A stretch of DNA of 64,000 nt from Flavobacteriaceae bacterium (GCA_965662885.1 CBFIJI010000002.1:2096-66095), one strand, 5' to 3'; positions 38,920-49,148 are shown, counted from the stretch's first letter. A program made the numbers and translations. Notes: generated from the letters alone by a model not told the origin.

Positions 38920-40590
38920 CTATTGGGTGCCTTCAAATTGTTTTACGGCGTCACTGGTTGTAATAAAAAAGTTATTTTTTCCTATTTGCTTAAAAAGTTT
39001 GCTTTTAAAAATCACTTCTCGAACTGGATCGATTGTTCCAGCAACCATAAATCGAATTCCTTTTTTATTAAGGATTTGACTGATGGTTAAAAGTTGTTCT
39101 ACAGCGGTACTATCAATATGGTGAATGGCTTCTGCACTTAAAATAAACCCTTTAGTTTCTGGTTGTATTTTATTTAAAATAATTTTCTTTAAATAGTCAA
39201 CATTTCCAAAAAATAATTGGGCATCAAAGCGAAGAATTACGAGGTGTTTATTTTCAATAGCGTCATTGGGGAACCGCTGAATATTTTGAAAATAATCGGT
39301 GTTTTTGATTTTTGCTAAAAAGGCATAATGGGGTTTAGAATTTCTGAAAACGACCAGAAATAAAGAAAATAAAACGCCAATAAGCAATCCTTCAATGATC
39401 CCCAAAAAGAGGGTAAAAAAACACGTCATAAGAAAGAGTGTAAACTCATCTTTTCTTGTTTTATATAAACGCAAAGGGTATTTTAAGTCAATAAGTCGAA
39501 AAACAGCGACCATAATAATAGCTGCGAGGATAGCGTTGGGCAGCTTATAAAATAATGTGGTGAAAAAGAGCAAAACACAGGCAACAAGTAGTGCACTTAT
39601 TAGCGCGGAAATACCTGTTTTCGCCCCTGCTTGTTCATTGACTGCACTACGAGAAAGACCACCATTAACAGAATAGGACTGAAAAAATGATCCAAGAATA
39701 TTAGCTGTTCCCAAGGCTATTAATTCCTGATTTGCATTGAGCTTATGGTCATTGTTTTTATTTTCAAAGATTTTAGCAATAGCCATGGCCTCCATGATGG
39801 ACACAACTGCAAGCGTTATCGCAATTGGGAATAGTTGAACAAGCGTATTATAGCTTAAATTGGGTAGCTTAAAGGCTGGAAGTCCTTTGGGGATTTCCCC
39901 GACAATTGCCAGTCCTTTTTGATCCCAACCTGATAGGGTGACAAAAAGGATGCCTGCGACAACAACGAGGAGTCCAATGGGAATTTTTAACATTCTTTTT
40001 TGCAGAACATAAAGAACACCAATAGCAATACTGCCAATACTTAAAGCCATAAAGTTAGTACTATTTATGTTGCGGAAGACGTCTATTAATGTGAGGTCAA
40101 AGCGACTTGTTGAAACGACTTGAATACCCAGCAGATGTTGTAGTTGACTAGCCCCAATGATTAATGCAGCAGCAGTTGTAAAACCGCTAATAACTGGCCT
40201 GGATAAAAACCGAACAAAAAATCCCATTCGAAAAAGTCCTAGTATAATATGGATGACTCCTACAAAAAATGCGAGTGCAATGGCCATTACAACATATTCT
40301 TCAGGACTAGAAAGTGAAAGTGTTCCAAGACCTGCAGCAACTAAAAGAGAATCCATAGCCACTGGACCCACCGACAATTGTCGTGAAGTTCCCATAAGCG
40401 CATAAACAAGTTGCGGAACAATTGCTGCATAAAGACCATAAACAGGGGGTACGCCAGCAATTAACGCGTAGGCCATCCCTTGAGGGATTAGCATTATCCC
40501 AACAGTTATCCCCGCAAAAATATCTCCTGACAAATAAGACTGCTTATATTTCGGTATCCAACTTAAAATGGGAAAAAACTGTTTTAGCAT
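38920..40590 (-). CDS. SulP-family anion transporter with C-terminal STAS domain
   Basis: 556 aa with the N-terminal segment SGDIFAGITVGIMLIPQGMAYA typical of SulP. The C-terminal STAS region contains ILRFDAQLFFGN...HHIDSTAVEQL. Confidence 0.85.
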   Translation of the reverse strand: MLKQFFPILSWIPKYKQSYLSGDIFAGITVGIMLIPQGMAYALIAGVPPVYGLYAAIVPQLVYALMGTSRQLSVGPVAMDSLLVAAGLGTLSLSSPEEYVVMAIALAFFVGVIHIILGLFRMGFFVRFLSRPVISGFTTAAALIIGASQLQHLLGIQVVSTSRFDLTLIDVFRNINSTNFMALSIGSIAIGVLYVLQKRMLKIPIGLLVVVAGILFVTLSGWDQKGLAIVGEIPKGLPAFKLPNLSYNTLVQLFPIAITLAVVSIMEAMAIAKIFENKNNDHKLNANQELIALGTANILGSFFQSYSVNGGLSRSAVNEQAGAKTGISALISALLVACVLLFFTTLFYKLPNAILAAIIMVAVFRLIDLKYPLRLYKTRKDEFTLFLMTCFFTLFLGIIEGLLIGVLFSLFLVVFRNSKPHYAFLAKIKNTDYFQNIQRFPNDAIENKHLVILRFDAQLFFGNVDYLKKIILNKIQPETKGFILSAEAIHHIDSTAVEQLLTISQILNKKGIRFMVAGTIDPVREVIFKSKLFKQIGKNNFFITTSDAVKQFEGTQ

Positions 40591-40672
40591 TTAATGTTTT
40601 TTAAAAGCTGCTTTTTTAAATTGTCCACTGCATTTAATAGGTCGTTATTTTTATGTAGCTAATAAAACATTG

Positions 40673-40680
40673 CAAAGGTA
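40673..40680 (-). promoter_or_regulatory. -7 box (TACCTTTG) upstream of the SulP gene
   Basis: Exact TAnnTTTG on the minus strand. It lies 83 nt upstream of the ATG, which would give a long leader for this genome. Confidence 0.3.
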
Positions 40681-40796
40681 ATAAACTGTTTAATGACTTA
40701 AATTTTAAGGGGATTAAAAACCCTTATATCCATGTGTTTTTACAAAAATTAACATGTAGAAGGCGATAAAATGGAAGCGTTAAAAGAAAACTTGAT

Positions 40797-40804
40797 TACT
40801 TTTG
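40797..40804 (+). promoter_or_regulatory. -7 box (TACTTTTG) for topA
   Basis: Exact TAnnTTTG, with its final G 20 nt upstream of the topA ATG. Confidence 0.45.
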
Positions 40805-40823
40805 TGGGGAAAAATTTAAGTTT

Positions 40824-43304
40824 ATGGCCAAAAATTTAGTTATTGTCGAATCCCCTGCAAAAGCAAAAACTATCGAAAAATTTCTTGGGAAAGACTTTCG
40901 AGTTGCGTCAAGTTTTGGTCATATTGCAGACCTTCCTTCCAATGAGTTGGGTGTTGATGTCGCTGCTCGCTTTGCCCCAAAATATATTGTTAGTAGTGAT
41001 AAGAAAAAAGTAGTCAGTGAACTAAAAAGCCTTTCCAAAAAAGTGGATACGGTATGGTTGGCAAGTGATGAAGATCGAGAGGGAGAAGCCATTGCATGGC
41101 ATTTAGCGGAGAATTTAAATCTAAATGAAAGCAACTCCAAACGTATTGTTTTTTCGGAGATTACCAAGTCTGCAATTTTAAAAGCAATTGAAAAGCCACG
41201 CAAAATCAATTATGATTTAGTAAATGCGCAACAAGCTCGTCGTGTTCTAGATCGTTTAGTCGGTTATGAGCTTTCACCAGTGCTTTGGAAAAAAGTTAAG
41301 GGCGGCTTGTCAGCTGGACGTGTTCAATCGGTTGCAGTTCGACTTATCGTTGAACGTGAACGGGCGATTAATGCCTTTCAACCCAAACAGAATTTTAAAG
41401 TTCAAGCCTTATTCAGTACAGATAATAAACGTCAAATCCCTGCGGTACTCAGTAAGGTGTTTCAAGAGGAATCAGAAGCAAGAAGCTTTTTACAAAAAAA
41501 TATAGATGCCCATTATAAGGTTGATGCTGTTCAAGTTAAACCAGCGAAAAAAAGTCCCTCAGCTCCCTTTACAACATCTACCTTACAACAAGAGGCGTCA
41601 AGGAAACTTGGTTTTTCAGTTAGTAAGACCATGACCATGGCGCAACGGCTTTATGAAACAGGACTCATTACTTATATGCGAACCGATAGTGTTAACTTAT
41701 CCAAAGAGGCTCAGGATAGTTTAATCCATCAAATTGAACAACTTTACGGTAAAAATTTCGCACAAAAAAGAAGTTATAAAACAAAAAACAAAGGGGCACA
41801 AGAAGCGCATGAAGCCATTCGTCCAACAGATCCTTCCAAAAATAAAGTCAATGTAGATTATGATCAAATGCGCTTGTACGAGCTAATTTGGAAGCGAACC
41901 ATTGCATCACAAATGAGTGATGCTCAATTAGAACGAACGCAGATTGATATCCAAGCTGACAATCATCCGGAAGTCTTTCAAGCGAAAGGAGAAGTGATCA
42001 CCTTTGAAGGGTTTTTAAAAGTCTATATGGAGGGGGTAGACGATCAGGATGAAGAGGCACAAGGACTTTTACCTAAAGTAGCCATAGGAGATCACTTAAG
42101 CTTAAAGTCGATGACGGCAACACAACGTTTTTCTCGACCTCCGTATCGTTTTTCAGAAGCTTCTTTAGTTAAGAAATTGGAGGAATTAGGGATTGGACGT
42201 CCGTCCACTTATGCGCCGACAATTTCAACTGTTCAGAATAGAAATTATGTGGAAAAAGGAAGTTCAGAAGGGGAGCAACGTTCCTATTTACAACTTCATT
42301 TGGAAGAGCAATCGATCAAAGAAGCGATGCTTACAGAAATGGTTGGAGCCAACAAAGGGAAATTAATTCCTACAGATATTGGCATGATTGTGAATGATTT
42401 TTTAGTGGCCAACTTTAAGGGAATCTTAGATTTTAATTTTACGGCTCAAGTAGAACAAAGTTTTGATGATATTGCCAACGGATCTAAAGAATGGACCGAC
42501 ATGTTGAAGGTTTTTTACGACACTTTTCACCCTACTGTCGAAGAGGTCAAAGAAAATGCTCAACGGGAGTCGGGTGAACGCGTTTTAGGAGAAGATCCAA
42601 AGTCAGGACGTGTACTTAAAGTTCGATTAGGTAAATATGGACCAATTGCACAAATAGGAGAATCGGAAGAGGAAGAAAAACCGGTTTTTGCTAGTCTAAC
42701 ATCGGATCAACAACTGTCAAGCATAACTTTTGAAGAGGCCCTCCGATTATTTGATCTTCCAAAAACACTTGGCGATTTTGAGGGGGAAGAGGTCATCGTC
42801 AATAATGGTCGTTTCGGACCTTATGTCAAATTCAAGGATAAATTTATTTCCCTTCCTAAAGGAATATTTCCTAGTGATATTAGTATGGCAGATGCTATTG
42901 AACTCATCAAGGAAAAGCAAAGGGCTGATGCCCCAATTTATCACTATAATGAACTCCCTGTAACCAAAGGTGTCGGCCGTTTTGGTCCTTTTCTAAAATG
43001 GAGTGGCATGTTTATTAATGTCAATAAATCATACGATTTTGATCAACTTTCTGATAAAGATATTGTTCAATTGATTGAGGATAAAATCCAAAAAGAAAAA
43101 GATAAGGTAATTCATGATTGGGCTGATGCAGGTATTCGGGTTGAAAAAGCACGATGGGGGCGCTCCAACATAATTAAAGGAAAACAAAAGATAGAGTTAT
43201 CCAAAGATATTGATGCAACAAAGCTTACTTTGGAAGAAGCTATTCAAAGGCTTGAAGCGCAAAAACCATCGAAAACTAAAAAGCGGACAAAAAAGAAAAA
43301 ATGA
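40824..43304 (+). CDS. topA: DNA topoisomerase I
   Basis: 826 aa with Toprim motifs LVIVESPAKAKTIEKFLG and SDEDREGEAI, and the active-site Tyr region ITYMRTDS. Three cysteine-less C-terminal repeats are present (GKYGPI, GRFGPY, GRFGPF), followed by a Lys-rich tail. Confidence 0.95.
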   Translation: MAKNLVIVESPAKAKTIEKFLGKDFRVASSFGHIADLPSNELGVDVAARFAPKYIVSSDKKKVVSELKSLSKKVDTVWLASDEDREGEAIAWHLAENLNLNESNSKRIVFSEITKSAILKAIEKPRKINYDLVNAQQARRVLDRLVGYELSPVLWKKVKGGLSAGRVQSVAVRLIVERERAINAFQPKQNFKVQALFSTDNKRQIPAVLSKVFQEESEARSFLQKNIDAHYKVDAVQVKPAKKSPSAPFTTSTLQQEASRKLGFSVSKTMTMAQRLYETGLITYMRTDSVNLSKEAQDSLIHQIEQLYGKNFAQKRSYKTKNKGAQEAHEAIRPTDPSKNKVNVDYDQMRLYELIWKRTIASQMSDAQLERTQIDIQADNHPEVFQAKGEVITFEGFLKVYMEGVDDQDEEAQGLLPKVAIGDHLSLKSMTATQRFSRPPYRFSEASLVKKLEELGIGRPSTYAPTISTVQNRNYVEKGSSEGEQRSYLQLHLEEQSIKEAMLTEMVGANKGKLIPTDIGMIVNDFLVANFKGILDFNFTAQVEQSFDDIANGSKEWTDMLKVFYDTFHPTVEEVKENAQRESGERVLGEDPKSGRVLKVRLGKYGPIAQIGESEEEEKPVFASLTSDQQLSSITFEEALRLFDLPKTLGDFEGEEVIVNNGRFGPYVKFKDKFISLPKGIFPSDISMADAIELIKEKQRADAPIYHYNELPVTKGVGRFGPFLKWSGMFINVNKSYDFDQLSDKDIVQLIEDKIQKEKDKVIHDWADAGIRVEKARWGRSNIIKGKQKIELSKDIDATKLTLEEAIQRLEAQKPSKTKKRTKKKK

Positions 43305-44452
43305 GTCTTGAACTGCTAGTTCCCATTGATGAAGAAGTTATACTCCACTTAGAGGGGTTGCCCAAGCAGATTTTAGGGAATACTGTTTTTATCCATTCCA
43401 AATCAAATGGCTTTCCAGAGCTTAAGGGACTTTCTTTGGCCATTATTGGGGTGAATGAAATTAGAAATAGTCATCCGCAAAGAGACCCCTATTGGCTTTC
43501 TAACTTTAGAAAATCATTCTATCAATTATTCCCGGGAAACTGGAAGATGAAAATCGCTGATTTGGGTGATTTACCTAATGGTGAAACTACAGCAGATACT
43601 TATTTTGCATTAAAAGAAATATGTTTACACCTTCGACAAATCAATATATTACCGATAATTGTAGGAGGAAGTCAAGATTTAATTTATCCGTTATACCAAT
43701 CTTTTCAAGTTACCGAACAACTTGTAAATATTGTTTCAGTGGATAATCGCTTTGATTTTTCTGAAGACGAAGAACTTATTTCAGGTCGTTCATATATGAG
43801 TAAGATTATTATGGAAGCGCCTAATTTTTTAAACAACTATTCCAATATTGGTTATCAGAGTTTCTACTGTGCTCAAGAGGAGAAAGATTTAATGGAAAAA
43901 CTGTATTTTGATGGATTACGACTTGGAGTTGTCTTGGATGATGTAACCTTGGCAGAGCCCATTTTAAGGGATGCTGATATTGTGGGTTTTGACATGAAAG
44001 TTTTGTCTTGGCAAGCTACTGGTGATTTTGAGAAGGGTCATCCAAATGGAATTGACAGTCGAACAATTTGCTCTTTATCGAGATATGCGGGAATTAGTGA
44101 CCGTGTTTCTATTTTTGGTCTTTTTGAACTCCCTGCAACTCCCCTTTTTGACCAACTTCTTGCTCAAATAGTTTGGTATTTTATTGAAGGCTTTCAATGC
44201 CGCTTTAATGAATATCCAGTCGCTGTCAGTCAAGGTTTTCTAAAATATAATGTTACATTATCAGATCGGGAAATAGTCTTTTATAAAAGTGAACTAAGTC
44301 ATCGGTGGTGGATGGAAGTGTCTCATGAAAGTGAATTAAATAATAAATCGAAATCTATTGCGTTATTATCATGTACAGAAACTGATTATCAGGATGCATG
44401 TAGAGATAAGATACCAGATCGATGGTATAATGCAATTAAAAGAATAGGTTAA
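43301..44452 (+). CDS. arginase/formiminoglutamase-fold protein, apparently lacking the metal ligands
   Basis: 383 aa. The ATG overlaps the topA stop (ATGA). By-eye alignment places GGSQD where the family has GGDHS, DNRFD where it has DAHxD, and GFDMK where it has SxDxD. Confidence 0.6.
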   Translation: MSLELLVPIDEEVILHLEGLPKQILGNTVFIHSKSNGFPELKGLSLAIIGVNEIRNSHPQRDPYWLSNFRKSFYQLFPGNWKMKIADLGDLPNGETTADTYFALKEICLHLRQINILPIIVGGSQDLIYPLYQSFQVTEQLVNIVSVDNRFDFSEDEELISGRSYMSKIIMEAPNFLNNYSNIGYQSFYCAQEEKDLMEKLYFDGLRLGVVLDDVTLAEPILRDADIVGFDMKVLSWQATGDFEKGHPNGIDSRTICSLSRYAGISDRVSIFGLFELPATPLFDQLLAQIVWYFIEGFQCRFNEYPVAVSQGFLKYNVTLSDREIVFYKSELSHRWWMEVSHESELNNKSKSIALLSCTETDYQDACRDKIPDRWYNAIKRIG

Positions 44453-44552
44453 CAGATGTATAGTTAACAAAAAATGTATTTTTATTTATCTACACATTAA
44501 AATTAGGTAGATTTACGAATGAAAATTTAAAATAGGGTTAAAATAAAAGTTA

Positions 44553-45923
44553 ATGAGAAGAATTTTCGCTGTAATAACAGTCTCTTTGATTTTGTTTTCT
44601 TGTGGACAGAAGAGTCGTGGCGAGTTGACAGGAGTTAAACAAAAAAAGTGGTTTGGTGAAAAGCCATATGGAATGACATTAATAGAAGGAGGATCCTATG
44701 TCATGGGTAAATCTGATGACGACATTGCTCAACTTCAAAATGCTAAAGCGAGAACCGTTACCGTTCCTTGGTTCTATATGGATGAAACGGAAATAACCAA
44801 TGGTGAATACAAACAATTTGTTCATTGGGTAAAAGACTCCATAGCCCTTGCCTTGTTAGCAATAAAGGTAGAAGAACTAGATTTAGGCCCTGACAGTGAT
44901 GGAATTGGAGAGTATGCTTTTAAAGATGCTGACACGGCCGATTTGAGTGAATTTCAAAAATATATGAAAGCCAATTATTTCGATTTGAATGAAGGTTATG
45001 AAGGGAGAGCATTGAATCGTGAGGCTAAGATTGTTTGGGATACCAAAGACTATGTTGACCAAAATTATGCCGAAGTTATGGACTCCCTTTATCTTCCTCC
45101 AGATCAATGGTATAATGGTGAAATGAAGTTAGATGTTTCAAAACTTATCTATAGCTACACTTGGTTTGATTCTGAAGGTGCTGCTCGAGAATCACGACGA
45201 ACTAAAAAACAATTTATTGATCGTGCTCCTTTTATCAAAAAGGAAGAAATACAGATTTATCCCGATACCACGGTATGGATTAAGGACTTTACCTACTCCT
45301 ATAATGAGCCTATGCACAATGACTATTTTTCTCACCCAGCATATGAAGACTATCCAGTGGTTGGTGTATCATGGCATCAGGCAGTTGCCTTTTGTAATTG
45401 GAGAACCAATTACAAAAATGGATTTCAAAAAGATAAAGGAAAACCACAAGTCAATAGGTTTCGTCTTCCCAGTGAATCGGAATGGGAATATGCAGCACGA
45501 GGTGGAATAGCATCTGGGGTTTACCCTTGGGGATCTCCTTATCTGGTTGATGATACGGGTTGTTTTTTAGCAAACTTCAAACCCCTAAGAGGAAATTATG
45601 CCGCAGATCAAGCTGTTTATACTACAGAAGCTAAATCGTATTTTCCAAACGACTATAATTTGTATAATATGGCTGGAAATGTAGCTGAATGGACAAACTC
45701 TTCTTACGATTCTGGTTCTTATGAGTACGTAGCTTCTCTTAATCCGAACATATCTTTTGAAAATGAGGGTAGAAAAGTAGTTCGTGGTGGTTCTTGGAAA
45801 GACGTTGCTTATTTTTTAAGGGTAAGTTCAAGAGATTACGAATATTCGGATACCGCAAGAAGTTATATTGGCTTTAGAACAGTTCAGGACTATTTGGGGT
45901 CTCCAAAAATTAAACTTAAATAA
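44553..45923 (+). CDS. gldK: T9SS/gliding lipoprotein GldK (PorK family, FGE-sulfatase fold)
   Basis: 456 aa with a lipobox (LFSCGQ). FGE/SUMF1-type segments are present (VSWHQAVAFCNWRT, RLPSESEWEYAARGG, VVRGGSW). It is the first gene of the gldKLMN order. Confidence 0.9.
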   Translation: MRRIFAVITVSLILFSCGQKSRGELTGVKQKKWFGEKPYGMTLIEGGSYVMGKSDDDIAQLQNAKARTVTVPWFYMDETEITNGEYKQFVHWVKDSIALALLAIKVEELDLGPDSDGIGEYAFKDADTADLSEFQKYMKANYFDLNEGYEGRALNREAKIVWDTKDYVDQNYAEVMDSLYLPPDQWYNGEMKLDVSKLIYSYTWFDSEGAARESRRTKKQFIDRAPFIKKEEIQIYPDTTVWIKDFTYSYNEPMHNDYFSHPAYEDYPVVGVSWHQAVAFCNWRTNYKNGFQKDKGKPQVNRFRLPSESEWEYAARGGIASGVYPWGSPYLVDDTGCFLANFKPLRGNYAADQAVYTTEAKSYFPNDYNLYNMAGNVAEWTNSSYDSGSYEYVASLNPNISFENEGRKVVRGGSWKDVAYFLRVSSRDYEYSDTARSYIGFRTVQDYLGSPKIKLK

Positions 45924-45959
45924 AAATAGATCGATCAAAATTAAATATATTTTAAAAAA

Positions 45960-46628
45960 ATGGAAAAAAGGTTAAGAAATAAAATTCTACTTCACATGCT
46001 TTACGGCTTTGGTGCTGCCGTTGTAATTATAGGAGCGTTGTTTAAAATCCTTCACTTAGAAGTAGGTCCGCTAACAGGTGGATTAGTCTTAGGAATTGGA
46101 TTGGGTACAGAAGCAATAATATTTTGTATAGCAGCACTTGATACTAGTGATATAAAAGAAGAACACGAAAGTTATGTTAAAGCCCAAGAAGGGGAGCAAA
46201 TAATTAAAGGGAATAATGATGATGGCTTATCTGAAAAACTAGATCAAATGTTAGCAGATGCTAAACTAGATGTTGCATTAATGGAAAAACTTACTGGGAG
46301 TATTACCGATTTTCAAAGTACGGTTGAATCGCTTAGCCCAATGGCAAATGCAATTTCTTCAACGACTTCCTATTCAGAAAAATTATCAGAAGCTACTGTG
46401 AGTATCGATGATTTAAATGATGCTTATAAAAAACAAGTCGATGTAATAAATGATCAAGTATCTATTCAATCAGATCGTTTGGAAATGGCTAAAAGCAATA
46501 CTGAGCTTGATGAAGAAACATATCAAAAAGCGGAAAGCTTAAAAGCCCAAATTGATGCGTTATCTGAAAACCTCAATGCTTTGAATCAAGTTTATGCAGG
46601 AATGTTATCTGCTATGAATAAAAACTAA
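45960..46628 (+). CDS. gldL: T9SS/gliding motor protein GldL (PorL family)
   Basis: 222 aa with two N-terminal TM helices (MLYGFGAAVVIIGALFKILH, LGIGLGTEAIIFCIAAL) including the intramembrane Glu. The remainder is a cytoplasmic coiled region. Confidence 0.9.
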   Translation: MEKRLRNKILLHMLYGFGAAVVIIGALFKILHLEVGPLTGGLVLGIGLGTEAIIFCIAALDTSDIKEEHESYVKAQEGEQIIKGNNDDGLSEKLDQMLADAKLDVALMEKLTGSITDFQSTVESLSPMANAISSTTSYSEKLSEATVSIDDLNDAYKKQVDVINDQVSIQSDRLEMAKSNTELDEETYQKAESLKAQIDALSENLNALNQVYAGMLSAMNKN

Positions 46629-46632
46629 TAAC

Positions 46633-48219
46633 ATGGCAGGAGCAAAGGAGACACCAAGGCAGAAAATGATCAGCCTGATGTATTTGGTTTTTATTGCCAT
46701 GCTTGCATTAAATGTAAGTAAAGAAGTATTGGAGGGTTTTGGTCAAATGTTTGTAAAACTTGAAAAATCAACCGATAGGGCAACTATGGGGAATCAAATA
46801 TTCTATGATAAAATAGAAACGAATGCCCGGGAGAAAAAAGGGGATTGGATTCAAAACAATGAAATTGCTATTCGTGTAAAAAATTCTTCAGACAAACTTT
46901 TTAATAAAATTGAAGATATACAAGAGAGAATGGTTGTTAAGATACGTGAAAAAGATCCTGAATTAAAGGAATACGACCGAATGGATACTAGTGATGAACT
47001 GGATCTTATTCTTTTTAAAGCAGAGGGTCCTTCAGAGGAGGGACTCGAATTATGGCAAACTATAAATGACTATAGAAAAGAAACGGGAGAAGTTTTTGAA
47101 CGTGCTGGAGTACCCGAAAGCGTCAACGTAATTAATGAACGCTTTTTTATTGGAGACGAAAATGGAGATGTGATTAATTCAGACGGAACATCTCAAACAT
47201 GGCTTTCCAGTAACTTTGAGGGATTCCCACTAATTTCTTCTTTAGCAAAACTCGCCTTAATTCAGAATGATATCCGTCAAACGGAAAATGAAATCTTGTC
47301 TACTCTTTTGGGGAATAAACTTGAAATGGAAACCAATGTCAATGAGTCCAATTACATTACACTTTTGGATATGGACAAAGGCGCTTATTACCAAGGAGAA
47401 ACTTTTGATGGAAGTATACTATTAGGGAGAAGAGGAGGAACTCAAAATCCTAATTCTGTGGATATTTCTTTGGATGGTAGAAAATTAAGTGAAAACCAGT
47501 ATAAATTAATCCCAGGCGGAATTAAACTTAATGTTAATGCTGGAAATCCAGGCGACCATCTACTTGAAGGAGATTTAATTTTTTTAAATGAAGGAGTGGT
47601 TTCTAAAATTCCAGTTTCTCAAAGTTATACGGTCATTTCAAAACCAAATTCTGCGGTAATTTCTGCCGATAAAATGAATGTAGTTTATCGTGGTGTTGAC
47701 AACCCAATGACCATATCTATTCCTGGCATTCAAAATAGTAAAGTGAAAGCTTCTGCTGTTGGCTTAAGTAAAGTTTCGGGAAGTAAGTATCTTATGAAAC
47801 CTGATAGAGGTCGTGAAGTGACCATTACGGCAAGTGGTGTTTTACCTGATGGACAAGCCGTGAAAACAACTACATTGTTTAGAATTAAAGATATTCCAAG
47901 CCCAACAGGAACTGTTCGTGGAGAAATTGGAAGTATTTCGATTCCAAAGTCAAACTTAGCCATTTCCACTATTGGAGCAGTCTTAGAAGACTTTGATTTC
48001 GATATTGAACTAGAAACAGTTAGTTTCAAGTTTAAAGTCCCAGGACAACCAACCATTCAGGTTAGAGGGAATAAGCTTGATGCACGAGCTAAAAGTGCTT
48101 TGCGTAGAGCTAAGGCTGGACAAACAGTTCAGATTTTTGATATTAAAGTGAGAAATCCAAAAAAACCGAATTATCGATTTAAAAAGGTATCCCCGGTTAT
48201 TTGTGATCTCGTAAATTAA
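46633..48219 (+). CDS. gldM: T9SS/gliding protein GldM (PorM family)
   Basis: 528 aa with the N-terminal segment ETPRQKMISLMYLVFIAMLALNV (conserved Arg plus a single TM helix). The rest is a long periplasmic region. It starts 4 nt after gldL. Confidence 0.9.
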   Translation: MAGAKETPRQKMISLMYLVFIAMLALNVSKEVLEGFGQMFVKLEKSTDRATMGNQIFYDKIETNAREKKGDWIQNNEIAIRVKNSSDKLFNKIEDIQERMVVKIREKDPELKEYDRMDTSDELDLILFKAEGPSEEGLELWQTINDYRKETGEVFERAGVPESVNVINERFFIGDENGDVINSDGTSQTWLSSNFEGFPLISSLAKLALIQNDIRQTENEILSTLLGNKLEMETNVNESNYITLLDMDKGAYYQGETFDGSILLGRRGGTQNPNSVDISLDGRKLSENQYKLIPGGIKLNVNAGNPGDHLLEGDLIFLNEGVVSKIPVSQSYTVISKPNSAVISADKMNVVYRGVDNPMTISIPGIQNSKVKASAVGLSKVSGSKYLMKPDRGREVTITASGVLPDGQAVKTTTLFRIKDIPSPTGTVRGEIGSISIPKSNLAISTIGAVLEDFDFDIELETVSFKFKVPGQPTIQVRGNKLDARAKSALRRAKAGQTVQIFDIKVRNPKKPNYRFKKVSPVICDLVN

Positions 48220-48230
48220 AATTTTTCATC

Positions 48231-49127
48231 ATGACTTCAAGCAGGTTATATTTTTTATTGTTTTTTATCCTATTTTCAATAGGCTTAAGTGCCCAAAGTA
48301 ATTTGCTTAATGCTGCGGTACCTCAAGAAGTTGGCCAATTGAATGAACAGCAAGCAAATGCGAACCTTGAAGCACCAATTCCTTATGGTTACGTTGATGA
48401 TCGTGATGTATTTTGGTCGCGTACAATTTGGGAAATTGTCGATCTTAATGAACGGATTAATTTCCCCTATTATTATCCAACCGACACCCTTAATTTGGGA
48501 AGTAATCGTCGTTCACTTTTCGATATTTTAAAACGTGGTATTAGATCGAAAGAAATCACGGAAGTTTATAAATCTTCTTATTTCAGAGAAAAATTATCGT
48601 TTGATGAAATTGCAGAAACCTTGGTGGCTATTGATACTACCGATCAGGGGTATGATCAATACAATGCTGGAGAAGCTGTAGACCCTCAATTTATTACTAG
48701 ACGAAATATTACGGCTGCGGAAATTGAACAATATAGAATTAAAGGGACTTGGTATTTTGATAAAAGGATTGGGGAAATGAAATACCGAATTTTAGGGATA
48801 GCACCTGTAGCTCCTGATGTTAATTTTTTAGATGGTTCTCCAGAGGAACAAGATTTAGTTGAACTTTTTTGGGTGTGGTATCCTAATGCACGCATTCCAT
48901 TAAACAATATGAAAGTATTCAATTCCAAAAATTCATCTCAGCAAATTTCCTTTGATCACATGCTTAATTCAAGACGATTTAGTGGTCTAATTTATCGGGA
49001 AGAGAATGTTCATGAAGATCGTCAGATTAAAGATTATATTTATGAAGATGCACTTCGCCAGCTTTTGGAATCCGAGAGAATCAAAACCTTAATTCGAGAT
49101 TTTGAACTCGATATGTGGAACAATTGA
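48231..49127 (+). CDS. gldN: T9SS/gliding periplasmic ring protein GldN (PorN family)
   Basis: 298 aa with a signal peptide (..GLSAQS). It is the fourth gene in the canonical order, and WYFDKRIGEMKYRILGIAP is typical of the family. Confidence 0.85.
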   Translation: MTSSRLYFLLFFILFSIGLSAQSNLLNAAVPQEVGQLNEQQANANLEAPIPYGYVDDRDVFWSRTIWEIVDLNERINFPYYYPTDTLNLGSNRRSLFDILKRGIRSKEITEVYKSSYFREKLSFDEIAETLVAIDTTDQGYDQYNAGEAVDPQFITRRNITAAEIEQYRIKGTWYFDKRIGEMKYRILGIAPVAPDVNFLDGSPEEQDLVELFWVWYPNARIPLNNMKVFNSKNSSQQISFDHMLNSRRFSGLIYREENVHEDRQIKDYIYEDALRQLLESERIKTLIRDFELDMWNN

Positions 49128-49148
49128 TGACAAAAATATAAATCATTT

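Noticed and set aside
38889-38936. A 16-codon extension of the MBL-rhodanese gene overlaps the SulP stop.
   Set aside because: The MKIEQIYTG start at 38888 gives the usual MBL N-terminus. The extension (MKAPNRTMLNAVKKNK) runs through a T9 homopolymer and into the SulP coding end.
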